The notes: a model not told the origin generated them from the sequence alone. A DNA stretch of 64,000 nucleotides from Sulfurimonas sp. (GCA_041652055.1 JBAZIE010000001.1:133380-197379); one strand, 5' to 3'. Positions 10,351 through 20,084 are shown, numbered from the stretch's first letter. A program made the numbers and translations.

Positions 10351-10367
10351 GAAGACCTCTAAAGATT

Positions 10368-10446
10368 AGATTGCCGCGCTTCGCTCACAATGACAAAGTG
10401 GGTTACAATAACTGTCATTGCGAGAAGCGAAGCGACGAAGCAATCT
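10368..10446. repeat. Palindromic intergenic repeat pair (AGATTGC..CAATGAC / GTCATTGC..GCAATCT family)
   Basis: AGATTGCCGCGCTTCGCTCACAATGAC (10368-10394) and inverted GTCATTGCGAGAAGCGAAGCGACGAAGCAATCT (10414-10446), between convergent genes; related copies at 17070 and 28008. Confidence 0.85.
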
Positions 10447-10451
10447 AAACA

Positions 10452-11081
10452 TTAATTAATAAACTCTACAACTTCATCAAAACCCACTCTTAACTGCGAA
10501 GACTGCTCATTTATCCTATATCCGAACGGCAGTACCAAAGAGAGTTGATATTTTTTAGTATCAAGATTTAAAACTCTCTCTACATTCTCTTTCTCAAGCC
10601 CCTCAATTGGGCAGCTGTCGACACCTAGCGTTGCCGCACAAGTCATCATATTTGCCGCAGCAATGTAAGTCTGTCTTGCAGTCCAGCAGAGTATATTTTC
10701 ATCACTATCAAGTGTTTTTTGAAGGTGTTTTGCATACAAATCTATGTAAAAATCAAACTTCTCTTTTGGCATTTCACGGCGCAAAAATCTCTTTGCAGGT
10801 ATGCCTGATTCTACTTTGACACTCTCTATCGCAGCCAAAACAACAACCAGATGAGAGCATGAAGTAATCTGCGGCTGATTCCAGCAAAAAGGTCTGATTT
10901 TAGCCTTTAGCTCCTCATTTGTTATAACCAAAAACTTCCACGGCTCCATCCCAAACGATGAGGGAGATTTTCGCCCTGCTTCGAGTATCTCTCTTATATC
11001 TTTGTCCGATATCTTCTTAGTCTCGTCAAAAAGTTTGCACGCATGCCTAAAATCCATCGCCTCTTTAAATGTTTTACTCAT
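10452..11081 (-). CDS. NAD(P)H nitroreductase family protein
   Basis: FRHACKLFD, SPSSFGMEPWKF, GVDSCPIEG, FGYR. Confidence 0.92.
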   Translation of the reverse strand: MSKTFKEAMDFRHACKLFDETKKISDKDIREILEAGRKSPSSFGMEPWKFLVITNEELKAKIRPFCWNQPQITSCSHLVVVLAAIESVKVESGIPAKRFLRREMPKEKFDFYIDLYAKHLQKTLDSDENILCWTARQTYIAAANMMTCAATLGVDSCPIEGLEKENVERVLNLDTKKYQLSLVLPFGYRINEQSSQLRVGFDEVVEFIN

Positions 11082-11174
11082 AACGTCTCCTCATAGCTTT
11101 GTCTTGAAGTCTCTATTTAAATAAAAGATTATATACTTCCAAAATTAACAGCTACAATCAAAAGAAACAATTTT

Positions 11175-12074
11175 ATGGAAAATTTTGCACTTATTTTTAG
11201 CGCTATTTTTATTGGATATATTTTAAGCAAATCAGACTCTTTTTCAAAAGAAACGCCGCTTATTTTAAATCAATTTATTCTCTATATTTCAGCACCTGCA
11301 CTTATTCTGCTTAAGATTCCACAGCTTAGTTTTTCCACTGAGACGCTCATCCCCGTTTTTATCGCATGGAGTGTTATGAGCATCAGCGCTATAGCTGTTT
11401 TTTACCTCTCAAAACTCTTTTCATTTACAAAAGAGGTAACAGGCTCTTTAATGCTTGTAGCAGTTTTAGGGAATACTTCTTACCTAGGCATTCCCATAAT
11501 AAGTGCCTATTTTGGCGAAGATGCGCTCGGATATGTGGTAATGTATGACCAACTTGGTTCTTTTATAGTGCTCTCAACTTATGGAACTTTTATCTCTGTT
11601 TACTATTCGAGTACAAAAGATGTAGATATACGCGCACTTTTTTTAAAGATACTCTTTTTTCCGCCATTTATAGCCCTTATTATCGCACTTTTTTTTATGG
11701 GAACATCTTTTCATCCCGTTATACAAAGCGTACTTGCCTCGCTCGCTAGCACTATTGTCCCTTTGGCACTTGTAGCTGTGGGACTTCAGCTTCGTTTTAG
11801 GCTTCCAAAAGAGGATTTAAAGCCTTTTGGCATAGCTCTGGTTATAAAACTTATCTTTGCTCCGATAGTTGCAATTGCTATCTGCTACATTTTTTCTTGG
11901 GATAATAAAGCAGCTCAAATCTCTATCATGGAAGCATCAATGGCGCCTATGATAACAGCGGCAGCTGTAGCTTCTATGGCAGGTTTGGCTCCGCGCCTTA
12001 GCTCTGCCATCGTTGGATACGGAATACTCTTATCGTTTTTTACCACATGGGTTGTGTATAATTTTATAATTTAA
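11175..12074 (+). CDS. AEC family transporter
   Basis: About 10 TMs; GNTSYLGIP, PLALVAVG, MEASMAP. Confidence 0.88.
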   Translation: MENFALIFSAIFIGYILSKSDSFSKETPLILNQFILYISAPALILLKIPQLSFSTETLIPVFIAWSVMSISAIAVFYLSKLFSFTKEVTGSLMLVAVLGNTSYLGIPIISAYFGEDALGYVVMYDQLGSFIVLSTYGTFISVYYSSTKDVDIRALFLKILFFPPFIALIIALFFMGTSFHPVIQSVLASLASTIVPLALVAVGLQLRFRLPKEDLKPFGIALVIKLIFAPIVAIAICYIFSWDNKAAQISIMEASMAPMITAAAVASMAGLAPRLSSAIVGYGILLSFFTTWVVYNFII

Positions 12075-12090
12075 GTAAAAAAGAGTTTTT

Positions 12091-12534
12091 ATGCAGTGTT
12101 ATTGTAACAGCAAAAAAGAGTTTAGCGAGTGTTGCGAACCATATCTAAGCGGTGTTTCAAAGCCATCAACGGCATTAGAGCTAATGAGAAGCAGATACAG
12201 CGCGTATGTGCTTGGAGACGGTGCGTACATTATAAAAACAACCGTCAAAGAGAACAGATGCGATGATGATTTGGAGCTTATAGAAGAGTATGCAAAAAGC
12301 GTTACATGGCTTGGTCTTGAAATTCTACATGTAGAAAAAAATATAGTTGAATTCAAAGCTTATTACAAAGATGCAAACGGTCTGAAAGTTCAGCATGAAA
12401 AGAGCAATTTTATCTATGAAGACGGAGTGTGGCTATACAGAGACGGCAAAATGTATAACTCTAAAATAGAGCGCAACGAGCCGTGTCCGTGCGGGAGCGG
12501 TAAAAAGTACAAAAAGTGCTGCGGAGCTTTATAG
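12091..12534 (+). CDS. YchJ family protein with SEC-C motifs
   Basis: [40 protein letters not shown]. Confidence 0.92.
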   Translation: MQCYCNSKKEFSECCEPYLSGVSKPSTALELMRSRYSAYVLGDGAYIIKTTVKENRCDDDLELIEEYAKSVTWLGLEILHVEKNIVEFKAYYKDANGLKVQHEKSNFIYEDGVWLYRDGKMYNSKIERNEPCPCGSGKKYKKCCGAL

Positions 12535-12545
12535 ACTTCGCAATC

Positions 12546-13631
12546 TTAGAGCTTTGCTATATACTCCAACACCTCCGCGGCTCCTCCGCGAAATGCAACC
12601 CTCTCTGAACGCTTTTGTATCTGATAGTCATACATCGGGTCGTAATACTGCACCAGAAGGTACTCAACCCACTCTCTGTAGCCATCAAACGAGCCATCAT
12701 TTTGCTGTTTTTGCAAAGCGGCTTCAAAGATTTTGGTAAGCTCATCGTGTCTCTGATTTCCAAGCCGCCTGATTATGCGAAACATAGCACTCTCAATGCT
12801 TTGGCGCCACGAAGCAAGCGGATTTTCAAAACCTGCACTCTCATAGCTTTTTTGCGCTTCAATGACATACTCGTTTAGCGTTATATCTATCCTCTCTTCT
12901 ATCGGCGTATCAAGAACTACAAGAGGTGCTTCTGACATTATGGATAAAAAACTATCAGGCATAAAAACGCTGCCGACATGCTTTCCCTCATCCTCAAAAA
13001 CAAGATGTTTAAATCCCTCTTGTATCTTTTGAATCAGCTCATACGCCAGATTGTTCTCAAAATCAATCTGCGAAGTCTGCGGCGTAATTCTTTGCCCAAA
13101 CGACGAGCCTCTGTGGTTTGCAAGCCCTTCAAGGTCGATTGCATTTGGCATCTTTTTGAGCTCTATTGTCTTTCCTGAGCCTGTTCGTCCGCCCAAAATT
13201 ATAGGCTTGAAGTGCTGATGAGAAGACTCCAGCTCTCTTAAAAGATAGTTTCTAAACGCTTTATATCCGCCCTTTAAGCGCAATATCTTCCTGCCGCTTT
13301 GGCGTATCCACTCTTGAGATATTCTAGAGCGCTGACCGCCTCTAAAGCAGTAGAGAAGCGCAGACGGATTTGCATCCATAAAATCAAGCCAAGATTGTAC
13401 GCGCTGCTCTTTTATCTCCCCGCTAACTAACCTGTGCCCAAGCTCCACTGCCTTCGTGTTACCCTGATTTTTATAGCAAATTCCTACCTCATGTCTCTCT
13501 TCATCGCTCATTATAGGAAGATTTACGGCATTTAAAAATGCCCCTTTTTTAAACTCGACCGGTGCGCGGACATCTATAAGCGGAGTTTTGTTTAGGACAA
13601 TAGACCTAAAATCATCAAAGAGTTCAGACAC
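12546..13631 (-). CDS. selU: tRNA 2-selenouridine synthase
   Basis: Rhodanese [24 protein letters not shown]; P-loop GRTGSGKT; HRGSSFG; YYDPMY; directly downstream of selD. Confidence 0.95.
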   Translation of the reverse strand: MSELFDDFRSIVLNKTPLIDVRAPVEFKKGAFLNAVNLPIMSDEERHEVGICYKNQGNTKAVELGHRLVSGEIKEQRVQSWLDFMDANPSALLYCFRGGQRSRISQEWIRQSGRKILRLKGGYKAFRNYLLRELESSHQHFKPIILGGRTGSGKTIELKKMPNAIDLEGLANHRGSSFGQRITPQTSQIDFENNLAYELIQKIQEGFKHLVFEDEGKHVGSVFMPDSFLSIMSEAPLVVLDTPIEERIDITLNEYVIEAQKSYESAGFENPLASWRQSIESAMFRIIRRLGNQRHDELTKIFEAALQKQQNDGSFDGYREWVEYLLVQYYDPMYDYQIQKRSERVAFRGGAAEVLEYIAKL

Positions 13632-14663
13632 TTATAAAACCTCTACCAGATGTTTTTTACGTGCAACCGTCTCGCCGATTGGCTCAAGGTTTAAACCTGC
13701 TGCGCGTGCTGATTCATAAAACTCTTCCAGAGCATCTTTTTTTACAAAGACAAGAAGTCCGCCTGAAGTTTGGGCATCGCAAAGTATCTCTCTTTGTCTA
13801 TCGCTCATCTCTGAAATTTTATGACCGTAGCTCATAAAGTTTTTGCGGGAACCGCCCGGTATACAGCCTAAAGCTCTATATTTTTCAACATTTTTCAAAA
13901 GCGGAACTTTCTCAAACCATACGTTTGCACTTATTTCGCTTGCCTCACACACCTCGCTCAAATGCCCCAAAAGACCAAACCCCGTAATGTCAGTCATAGT
14001 CACCACACTCTTTAGGCTTGCAAAAGCTGCACCCATTTTATTGAGCGTTGTCATGGCTTCTATAGCCACATCGATGTCGCCCTCTTCTATCTTTTTTTGC
14101 TTTTGCGCGGTTGTGAGTATGCCTATGCCGATGGGTTTTGTCAAAAATATAAGACAATCTTCCTGCGCCATAGAGTTTTTCATAAGGTTGCCGTTATCCA
14201 CTATTCCGGTCACTGCAAGCCCGAAAATCGGCTCAGGAGAGTCTATGGAGTGCCCGCCAGCAAGAGGGATTCCCGCATCTTCGCAAGCCGCTCGCCCTCC
14301 GTCAATCACCTGACGGGCAACATCAGCACTTAACTTGTCAATCGGCCATCCAAAGATAGATATTGCCATAAGAGGCTTCCCGCCCATCGCATAAATATCA
14401 CTTAGCGCGTTTGTCGCAGCAATGCGCCCGAAAGTAAAAGGGTCATCCACAATAGGCATAAAAAAGTCTGTCGTTGAGAGAACAGATGTGCCGTTGCTCA
14501 AATCATAAGCCGCCGCATCATCTTTATGCTCGTTTCCTACAAGAAGCTCTGGAAAAAAAGTGCTTGAGATATTAGTTTTTAGTATCTCATCAAGAAGCAT
14601 CGGAGAGATTTTGCATCCGCACCCAGCTCCGTGGCTATATTCGGTAAGTTTTGTTTGTTGCAT
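13632..14663 (-). CDS. selD: Selenophosphate synthetase (Cys form)
   Basis: GAGCGCKI, DDAA, TTDFFMP, NALSDIYAMGG, GGHSID, DAQTSGGLL. Confidence 0.96.
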   Translation of the reverse strand: MQQTKLTEYSHGAGCGCKISPMLLDEILKTNISSTFFPELLVGNEHKDDAAAYDLSNGTSVLSTTDFFMPIVDDPFTFGRIAATNALSDIYAMGGKPLMAISIFGWPIDKLSADVARQVIDGGRAACEDAGIPLAGGHSIDSPEPIFGLAVTGIVDNGNLMKNSMAQEDCLIFLTKPIGIGILTTAQKQKKIEEGDIDVAIEAMTTLNKMGAAFASLKSVVTMTDITGFGLLGHLSEVCEASEISANVWFEKVPLLKNVEKYRALGCIPGGSRKNFMSYGHKISEMSDRQREILCDAQTSGGLLVFVKKDALEEFYESARAAGLNLEPIGETVARKKHLVEVL

Positions 14664-14793
14664 TTTTTCCTGACTATTAAAAAATATTTACTTTGTGCAA
14701 TTTTACTCTACTTTTACACTGTTTTCAATTTTTATTGCACTTCATACCAAAATAACAAAAAATATTTATTGCTGTTTAAGCAATTTTTAATAA

Positions 14794-14802
14794 GGGGGGG
14801 GG
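14794..14802 (+). repeat. Homopolymeric G9 tract in the promoter region
   Basis: taaGGGGGGGGGtaaag in a very AT-rich intergenic region, 70 bp upstream of the first Sel1 gene. Confidence 0.85.
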
Positions 14803-14872
14803 TAAAGTCTTTGTTTCATTTCAAATACTAAGTTGCGATGAATTGATTTTAAAAACAAAAAAGGAAATAAAA

Positions 14873-15394
14873 ATGCAAAAAAATGCAAAAAAAGTTTTTA
14901 TTACAGCTGTATTGGCGGTAGTCTCACTGAGCGGGATGACTTTAGAAGAAGCGAATATAATAGTTGACTCTACAAATGATTTCGCAATTAAACAATTATA
15001 TATTTGTGAGCGGGAAGCATCTTTCATATATAATAATCCAAAAGAGTGTATAAAAGCTGCGCAATTATCCAAAAAAGAAGCCTCTTTTGGTATTAAGACC
15101 TATGGAACATACGAAAAATACGTAGCTGTAATGTATTCTAATGCTGCAATTATTTACAGAAGCAAGAAAGATCATTCTAATGAAAATACAATGAATCAAA
15201 AAGCATTACAATATAATCCGAATCATGATACAGCAAACCTTAACTTAGGCGTGAATTATTACAACGGCGAAGGTGGTAAAGTTAATAAATATAAAGCATA
15301 TGAACATTTTAAAATTGCAGCAAAAGAAGGTAATGTACGGGCTCAAAACAATCTTGATTTTTTATGCAAAGAGAGCCCTTGGGCGTGTAAATAA
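14873..15394 (+). CDS. Secreted TPR/Sel1-repeat protein, paralog 1
   Basis: Signal peptide MQKNAKKVFITAVLAVVSLSG after AAGGA RBS; Sel1 motif NLGVNYYNGEG..KAYEHFKIAAKEGN. Confidence 0.85.
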   Translation: MQKNAKKVFITAVLAVVSLSGMTLEEANIIVDSTNDFAIKQLYICEREASFIYNNPKECIKAAQLSKKEASFGIKTYGTYEKYVAVMYSNAAIIYRSKKDHSNENTMNQKALQYNPNHDTANLNLGVNYYNGEGGKVNKYKAYEHFKIAAKEGNVRAQNNLDFLCKESPWACK

Positions 15395-15412
15395 AAAACA
15401 AGGAGAAAAGAG

Positions 15413-15934
15413 ATGAAAAAGTTAGTAAAAATAATAGTGGTTGCTGTTTTGATGGCAAATTCGGTTTGGGCTGCAACCCTAGAAGAATTTAATGAAGCTA
15501 TTACTTATAGCTACAATCCAATAATGAAACAGGCTCTACTTTGTGAAAGAGAAGCGGGTTATCTTTTCAAAAATCCCATGGAATGCATAAAAGCTGCACA
15601 AATTTCTTTAAAAGAATACAACACATTAGCAGATAAGCCATATGGAAACTTTCAGGAATATACTGCCACGATGTATTCTAACGCTGGTAGTATCTACGAT
15701 GATATTAAAGATTATGACAATGCTATCAAAATGTACAAAAAGGCATTAGAGATTTCACCAAGTAATATTTCTGCAAATATTAATTTTGGTTCATCATATT
15801 ACTTGGGAAAAGGTGTCGACAAAAATCTGATAAAAACTTATGAATATTTTCGAGTAGCTGCAAAACAAGGTGATCAAGATGCCCAAATGAGACTTCTTTA
15901 TTTATGTGAAAAAAATCCTTGGGCATGTAAATAA
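15413..15934 (+). CDS. Secreted TPR/Sel1-repeat protein, paralog 2
   Basis: Signal peptide; TPR YSNAGSIY..AIKMYKKALEISP; Sel1 GSSYYLGKGVDKN..AAKQGD; 173 aa, the same length as paralog 1. Confidence 0.87.
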   Translation: MKKLVKIIVVAVLMANSVWAATLEEFNEAITYSYNPIMKQALLCEREAGYLFKNPMECIKAAQISLKEYNTLADKPYGNFQEYTATMYSNAGSIYDDIKDYDNAIKMYKKALEISPSNISANINFGSSYYLGKGVDKNLIKTYEYFRVAAKQGDQDAQMRLLYLCEKNPWACK

Positions 15935-15953
15935 AGTTTAGCTAATATCTTCC

Positions 15954-15984
15954 TCGTTCCCACTTTTCAAGTGGGAATGCATAC
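15954..15984 (-). repeat. REP-like palindrome (GTAT-footed)
   Basis: Bottom strand GTATGCATTCCCACTTGAAAAGTGGGAACGA; perfect 9-bp stem TTCCCACTT/AAGTGGGAA at 15957-15977. Confidence 0.6.
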
Positions 15985-16020
15985 TAATCTGCATCTCTAA
16001 AATTACAAAAGAGGTTCTAC

Positions 16021-16524
16021 ATGTTAAAAAAATCTGCACTCTTTACTCTCTTGGCTCTCTCGTTAGCGTCAAGCCTTATAGCAGAGAGTTATGTCTATGT
16101 CGGTGCATCAAAAGCAGATATGATGGATGAGCAGTCAATAACCACTTTTAGCATCGGCTACGGTTTTAGCAAAGTCTTTAGCAACTGTGTTATGGCTGGG
16201 TTTAGCACATCGTATCATCAGGGCGATTTTGAAGATAGTAGTGTCTCAGACAGCTCTTGGTTTAACGGTATTGGAGTTGATTTTCACTTAGGTTACAGCC
16301 CGACAAAGCCGCTTGCACTCTACGGCATTGCAGGGTATCAGATGCAAGCCATAAGCTCAAGCACATCGGCAGGCGGTTTTGGTTATGGAGCAGGAGTCTC
16401 TTATAAGTTTTTTGAACATGTAGCACTCGCACTGGAGTACAGAACATACGATATGGAAGTCCCAAATTTAAACTATAAATACGACTATGACACAATGGAT
16501 GCGCTTATCCGTTTTGTGTGGTAG
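16021..16524 (+). CDS. Small outer-membrane beta-barrel protein
   Basis: Signal peptide; alternating beta pattern; GFGYGAGVSYKF; terminal aromatic W. Confidence 0.82.
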   Translation: MLKKSALFTLLALSLASSLIAESYVYVGASKADMMDEQSITTFSIGYGFSKVFSNCVMAGFSTSYHQGDFEDSSVSDSSWFNGIGVDFHLGYSPTKPLALYGIAGYQMQAISSSTSAGGFGYGAGVSYKFFEHVALALEYRTYDMEVPNLNYKYDYDTMDALIRFVW

Positions 16525-16593
16525 GAAAATATAAAATATTAACCATTCATAAAAAGTATGGTAAAATATGGCAAATATCTAAAGGTTTCTGCC

Positions 16594-16809
16594 ATGACTA
16601 AAAAAATAACCATAACACTCGAAGAAAATTTGATAGAAGAACTCTCTATTGTTGCGATGGATAGCGGGAAGAAAAAAGCTCAAATCATCAGAGAGGCACT
16701 GCAGGATTATTTTGATACTCAAGCAGTTACAAAAACGGTTCAAGAGTATAAAATGGGCGGACTTAAAACCATCTCACATCAAGATGTAAGAGCGACTCTT
16801 GGCCTATAA
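16594..16809 (+). CDS. Ribbon-helix-helix (CopG-like) antitoxin
   Basis: MTKKITITLEENLIEEL...KAQIIREALQDY; overlaps the downstream toxin gene. Confidence 0.85.
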   Translation: MTKKITITLEENLIEELSIVAMDSGKKKAQIIREALQDYFDTQAVTKTVQEYKMGGLKTISHQDVRATLGL

Positions 16810-17053
16810 CATCGAGTATGACCAAAAAGCTCTCAAGCAACTCCAAAAGATTGACAAGAGCATAGCTTCAAAAATACTTGATGGCATAGAAGAGTTTGCA
16901 TCTGAGCCTGTTCTTACAAAAATCAAAAAACTAAAAACACCTTTTGATGGAGCGTACAGACTTAGAATCGGAGATTATAGAGTTGTGTTTTATCAAGAGA
17001 ACAACCTTATGCTAATATCTAGAATAGCCCACAGAAAAGAAGTTTATATATAA
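16799..17053 (+). CDS. relE: RelE/ParE family toxin (RelE/StbE type)
   Basis: YNIEYDQKALKQLQKI, YRLRIGDYRVVF, IAHRKEVY; TTG start overlapping the antitoxin. Confidence 0.9.
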   Translation: MAYNIEYDQKALKQLQKIDKSIASKILDGIEEFASEPVLTKIKKLKTPFDGAYRLRIGDYRVVFYQENNLMLISRIAHRKEVYI

Positions 17054-17069
17054 AAAACTTCTAAAAACT

Positions 17070-17233
17070 AGATTGCCACGCTTGTCATTGCGAGGCTTTA
17101 GCCGTGGCAATCTTAATGACAAAGCCACGTTACTGCAAGACTTCAAAGAGCTAGATTGCGGCGCTTCGCTCGCAATGACGGTCATTACAAATTCTTACTT
17201 CTCCTCGTCATTGCGAACGAAGTGAAGCAATCT
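17070..17233. repeat. Cluster of palindromic AGATTGC/GCAATCT repeats
   Basis: Four to five units, including GTCATTGCGAGGCTTTAGCCGTGGCAATCT, AGATTGCGGCGCTTCGCTCGCAATGAC and GTCATTGCGAACGAAGTGAAGCAATCT, between convergent relE and uvrA. Confidence 0.85.
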
Positions 17234-17255
17234 AAAACATAAAAAGTTCTACTCT

Positions 17256-20084
17256 TTACCTATGAAGCGCGAGTTCTTTTGCTAGATACTCGCCAGTATA
17301 ACTGCCTGTTTTCTTGTATTCACTTGCCACTTTTTCAGGGCTTCCCTCAGCGATAATAAGGCCGCCGCCGCTTCCGCCCTCTGGACCCATATCTATAACA
17401 TAGTCTGCATTTTTTATCATGTCTAGATTATGTTCGATGATAAGCACCGAGTTTCCAAGCTCTACAAACTTGTGAAGCACGCCCGTAAGTCTGTCAACAT
17501 CCGCAAAATGAAGCCCTGTTGTCGGCTCATCGAGTATATAGAGCGTTTTGCCCGTATCTTTGCGGCTGAGCTCTTTACTTAGCTTGATTCTTTGCGCCTC
17601 ACCGCCTGAGAGCGTCACTGCATTTTGCCCAAGAGTAATGTAGCCAAGTCCGACATCTACAAGGGTTGAGAGTATCTGATTTATCTTTGGTATCGGTCTG
17701 AAAAACTCATAAGCCTCTTCCACGCTCATATTTAGCACGTCAGATATATTTTTGCCTTTGTAAAAAACTTCCAATGTCTGCTGGTTGTATCTCGTTCCGC
17801 GGCATGTGTCGCACTTGACCATAATGTCTGGCAAAAAGTGCATCTCTATCTTGTTTTCGCCCTCGCCTTGGCACTTTTCACATCTTCCGCCGTTGACGTT
17901 AAAACTAAATCTTGAGCTTGTGTAGCCTCTTATTTGCGACTCTTTTGTCTGTGCAAAGAGATTTCTTATCTCATCCATCACGCCCGTATATGTTGCGGGG
18001 TTTGAGCGCGGTGTGCGTCCGATAGGGCTTTGGTCTAGGTAAATTACCTTATCTACATTCTCAAGCCCGTTTATCTCAACGCCTGCCACTTTGTTTACTT
18101 TTCTGGCATGGTTTAAAAGCTCTCTTGCTGTGGGAAGAAGTGTTTGAAGCATAAGAGAGCTCTTACCGCTTCCGCTAACCCCCGTGATACACACAAAGTT
18201 ATTAAGAGGAATTTTTACACTAAGATTATTGATATTATTTAATTTGACATTTTTTATCTCTATATATTTCTCTTGCGCTCTTCTGTAAAAATACTCTATC
18301 TTCTTTCGTCCGTAAAGATAGTCGGCAGTAAGTGTTTTTGCCTTTTTCAGCTTCTCAAGAGTTCCTGCAAAAACGACCTCCCCGCCGAATTTTCCTGCAC
18401 CCGCTCCAATGTCCACAATAAAATCAGCATTTTCTATCGTCTCTTTGTCATGCTCGACGACTATAACGCTGTTTCCCTTCTCCTGAAGGCTTCTAAGCGT
18501 GCGGATAAGTTTTAGCGTATCTCTCTCGTGAAGTCCGATGCTCGGTTCATCCAAAACATACAAAACACCCGTCAAACCGCTGCCGATTTGTGAAGCGATA
18601 CGAATTCTCTGAGCCTCACCTCCGCTTATGGTTCTTGCGTCACGGCCAAGCGTAATGTAACCAAGCCCTACATCAAACAAAAAGTAAAGTCTCTCTCTTA
18701 TCTCATTTAAAATAGGTGCCGATATCTGCGCACTTTGTGCTTTAAAGTAGCTGAAATTACTTTTATCTTCAAACCACTCATAGCTTTTAGAGATTGGCAT
18801 ATCCAAAATATCTGCAATTCCCTTGCCTCCAACCTTTACCGCGAGAGATTCTCTCTTTAGTCTATGTCCGCCGCAGACACTGCACACCTTTTCGCTCATA
18901 TAGTCTGCAAGCTCTTTCTCATCCTTGAACATGTCATACGCTATCTTGATTATTCCCGGCCAAACTCTCTTTACTTCATGGCTTTTCCAAAGAAAACTAA
19001 CCTCGTCTATGCCTCCGTGTAAAATTGCCTTTTTCTGATAATCCGGCAAATCTGAATACGGTATAGTTGTATCAATCTTGTTTTGCTCGCAAAAGCCCTT
19101 TAAAAACGTAAAATAGTAGCCCTTGTTAAAACCGTAAACTATTTTTACAGCGCCCTTCTCCACAGACAAATCTATATCTATTATCTTATCCTGATCAAGT
19201 GCGTAACGAAGTCCAAGTCCGTCACACTCTCTGCATGCGCCTTTTGGAGAGTTAAAAGAGAAAGAGAGAGGCTCAAGAGGGTCAAAGCTTACCTTACAGT
19301 CAAAGCAGGCATTATGCTCGCTGTAGTGAATGTGAGAGCGCTTCAGTCCCAACTCTTCGTGATTCAAAATATCAATCTCAAGTTCGCCGTAACTCTCTTT
19401 TAGAGCCTTTTCAACGTCAGCCGCGATGCGTTCCTTATTTTGCTCGTTTACTACAACCCTGTCAATTACGACTTTTATGGTGTGTTTTTTAGTCTTGCTA
19501 AGCTCTATCTCTTCATCAAGTCTGACCATCACGCCGTCTATCATGGCACGTACATAACCTTTATGAACTAAAGATTCAAGCACATCGGCATAAGCGCCTT
19601 TTTTCTCGTTTACTATCGGAGCCAAAAGAACAAGCTTTGCACCCTCAGGAAGCTTTGCAACCTCGCCGATTATATCCGAAGCACTCATTTGAGAGATCTC
19701 TTTGCCGCACTTATGGCAATGCTGGACACCGACGCGCGCATAGAGAAGTCTTAGGTAGTCATATATCTCAGTAATTGTTCCGACCGTTGAGCGTGGATTT
19801 TTGGAGGTTGTTTTTTGGTCAATCGCAATTGCTGGAGTAAGTCCCTCTATTTTATCCACGTCAGGCTTGCCGACACGGTCAAGAAACTGCCTTGCATATG
19901 ATGACAATGACTCCATATATCGTCTCTGCCCCTCTGCATAAAGGGTGTCAAACGCCAGTGTCGATTTTCCGCTTCCGCTTAGTCCCGTAAATACTACAAG
20001 CTGATTTTTTGGAATTTCAAGCGATATATTTTTTAAATTATTCTCTCTGGCACCCATTATTTTAATTACATCTCTGTTTTTCAT
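17256..20084 (-). CDS. uvrA: Excinuclease ABC subunit A
   Basis: Two ABC modules (GLSGSGKS, GVSGSGKS, SGGEAQRI), zinc fingers, AEGQRRY. Confidence 0.98.
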   Translation of the reverse strand: MKNRDVIKIMGARENNLKNISLEIPKNQLVVFTGLSGSGKSTLAFDTLYAEGQRRYMESLSSYARQFLDRVGKPDVDKIEGLTPAIAIDQKTTSKNPRSTVGTITEIYDYLRLLYARVGVQHCHKCGKEISQMSASDIIGEVAKLPEGAKLVLLAPIVNEKKGAYADVLESLVHKGYVRAMIDGVMVRLDEEIELSKTKKHTIKVVIDRVVVNEQNKERIAADVEKALKESYGELEIDILNHEELGLKRSHIHYSEHNACFDCKVSFDPLEPLSFSFNSPKGACRECDGLGLRYALDQDKIIDIDLSVEKGAVKIVYGFNKGYYFTFLKGFCEQNKIDTTIPYSDLPDYQKKAILHGGIDEVSFLWKSHEVKRVWPGIIKIAYDMFKDEKELADYMSEKVCSVCGGHRLKRESLAVKVGGKGIADILDMPISKSYEWFEDKSNFSYFKAQSAQISAPILNEIRERLYFLFDVGLGYITLGRDARTISGGEAQRIRIASQIGSGLTGVLYVLDEPSIGLHERDTLKLIRTLRSLQEKGNSVIVVEHDKETIENADFIVDIGAGAGKFGGEVVFAGTLEKLKKAKTLTADYLYGRKKIEYFYRRAQEKYIEIKNVKLNNINNLSVKIPLNNFVCITGVSGSGKSSLMLQTLLPTARELLNHARKVNKVAGVEINGLENVDKVIYLDQSPIGRTPRSNPATYTGVMDEIRNLFAQTKESQIRGYTSSRFSFNVNGGRCEKCQGEGENKIEMHFLPDIMVKCDTCRGTRYNQQTLEVFYKGKNISDVLNMSVEEAYEFFRPIPKINQILSTLVDVGLGYITLGQNAVTLSGGEAQRIKLSKELSRKDTGKTLYILDEPTTGLHFADVDRLTGVLHKFVELGNSVLIIEHNLDMIKNADYVIDMGPEGGSGGGLIIAEGSPEKVASEYKKTGSYTGEYLAKELALHR

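Noticed and set aside
17070-17233. Repeat cluster as a CRISPR array
   Set aside because: Units alternate in orientation, vary in sequence and lack regular spacers; no cas genes are present
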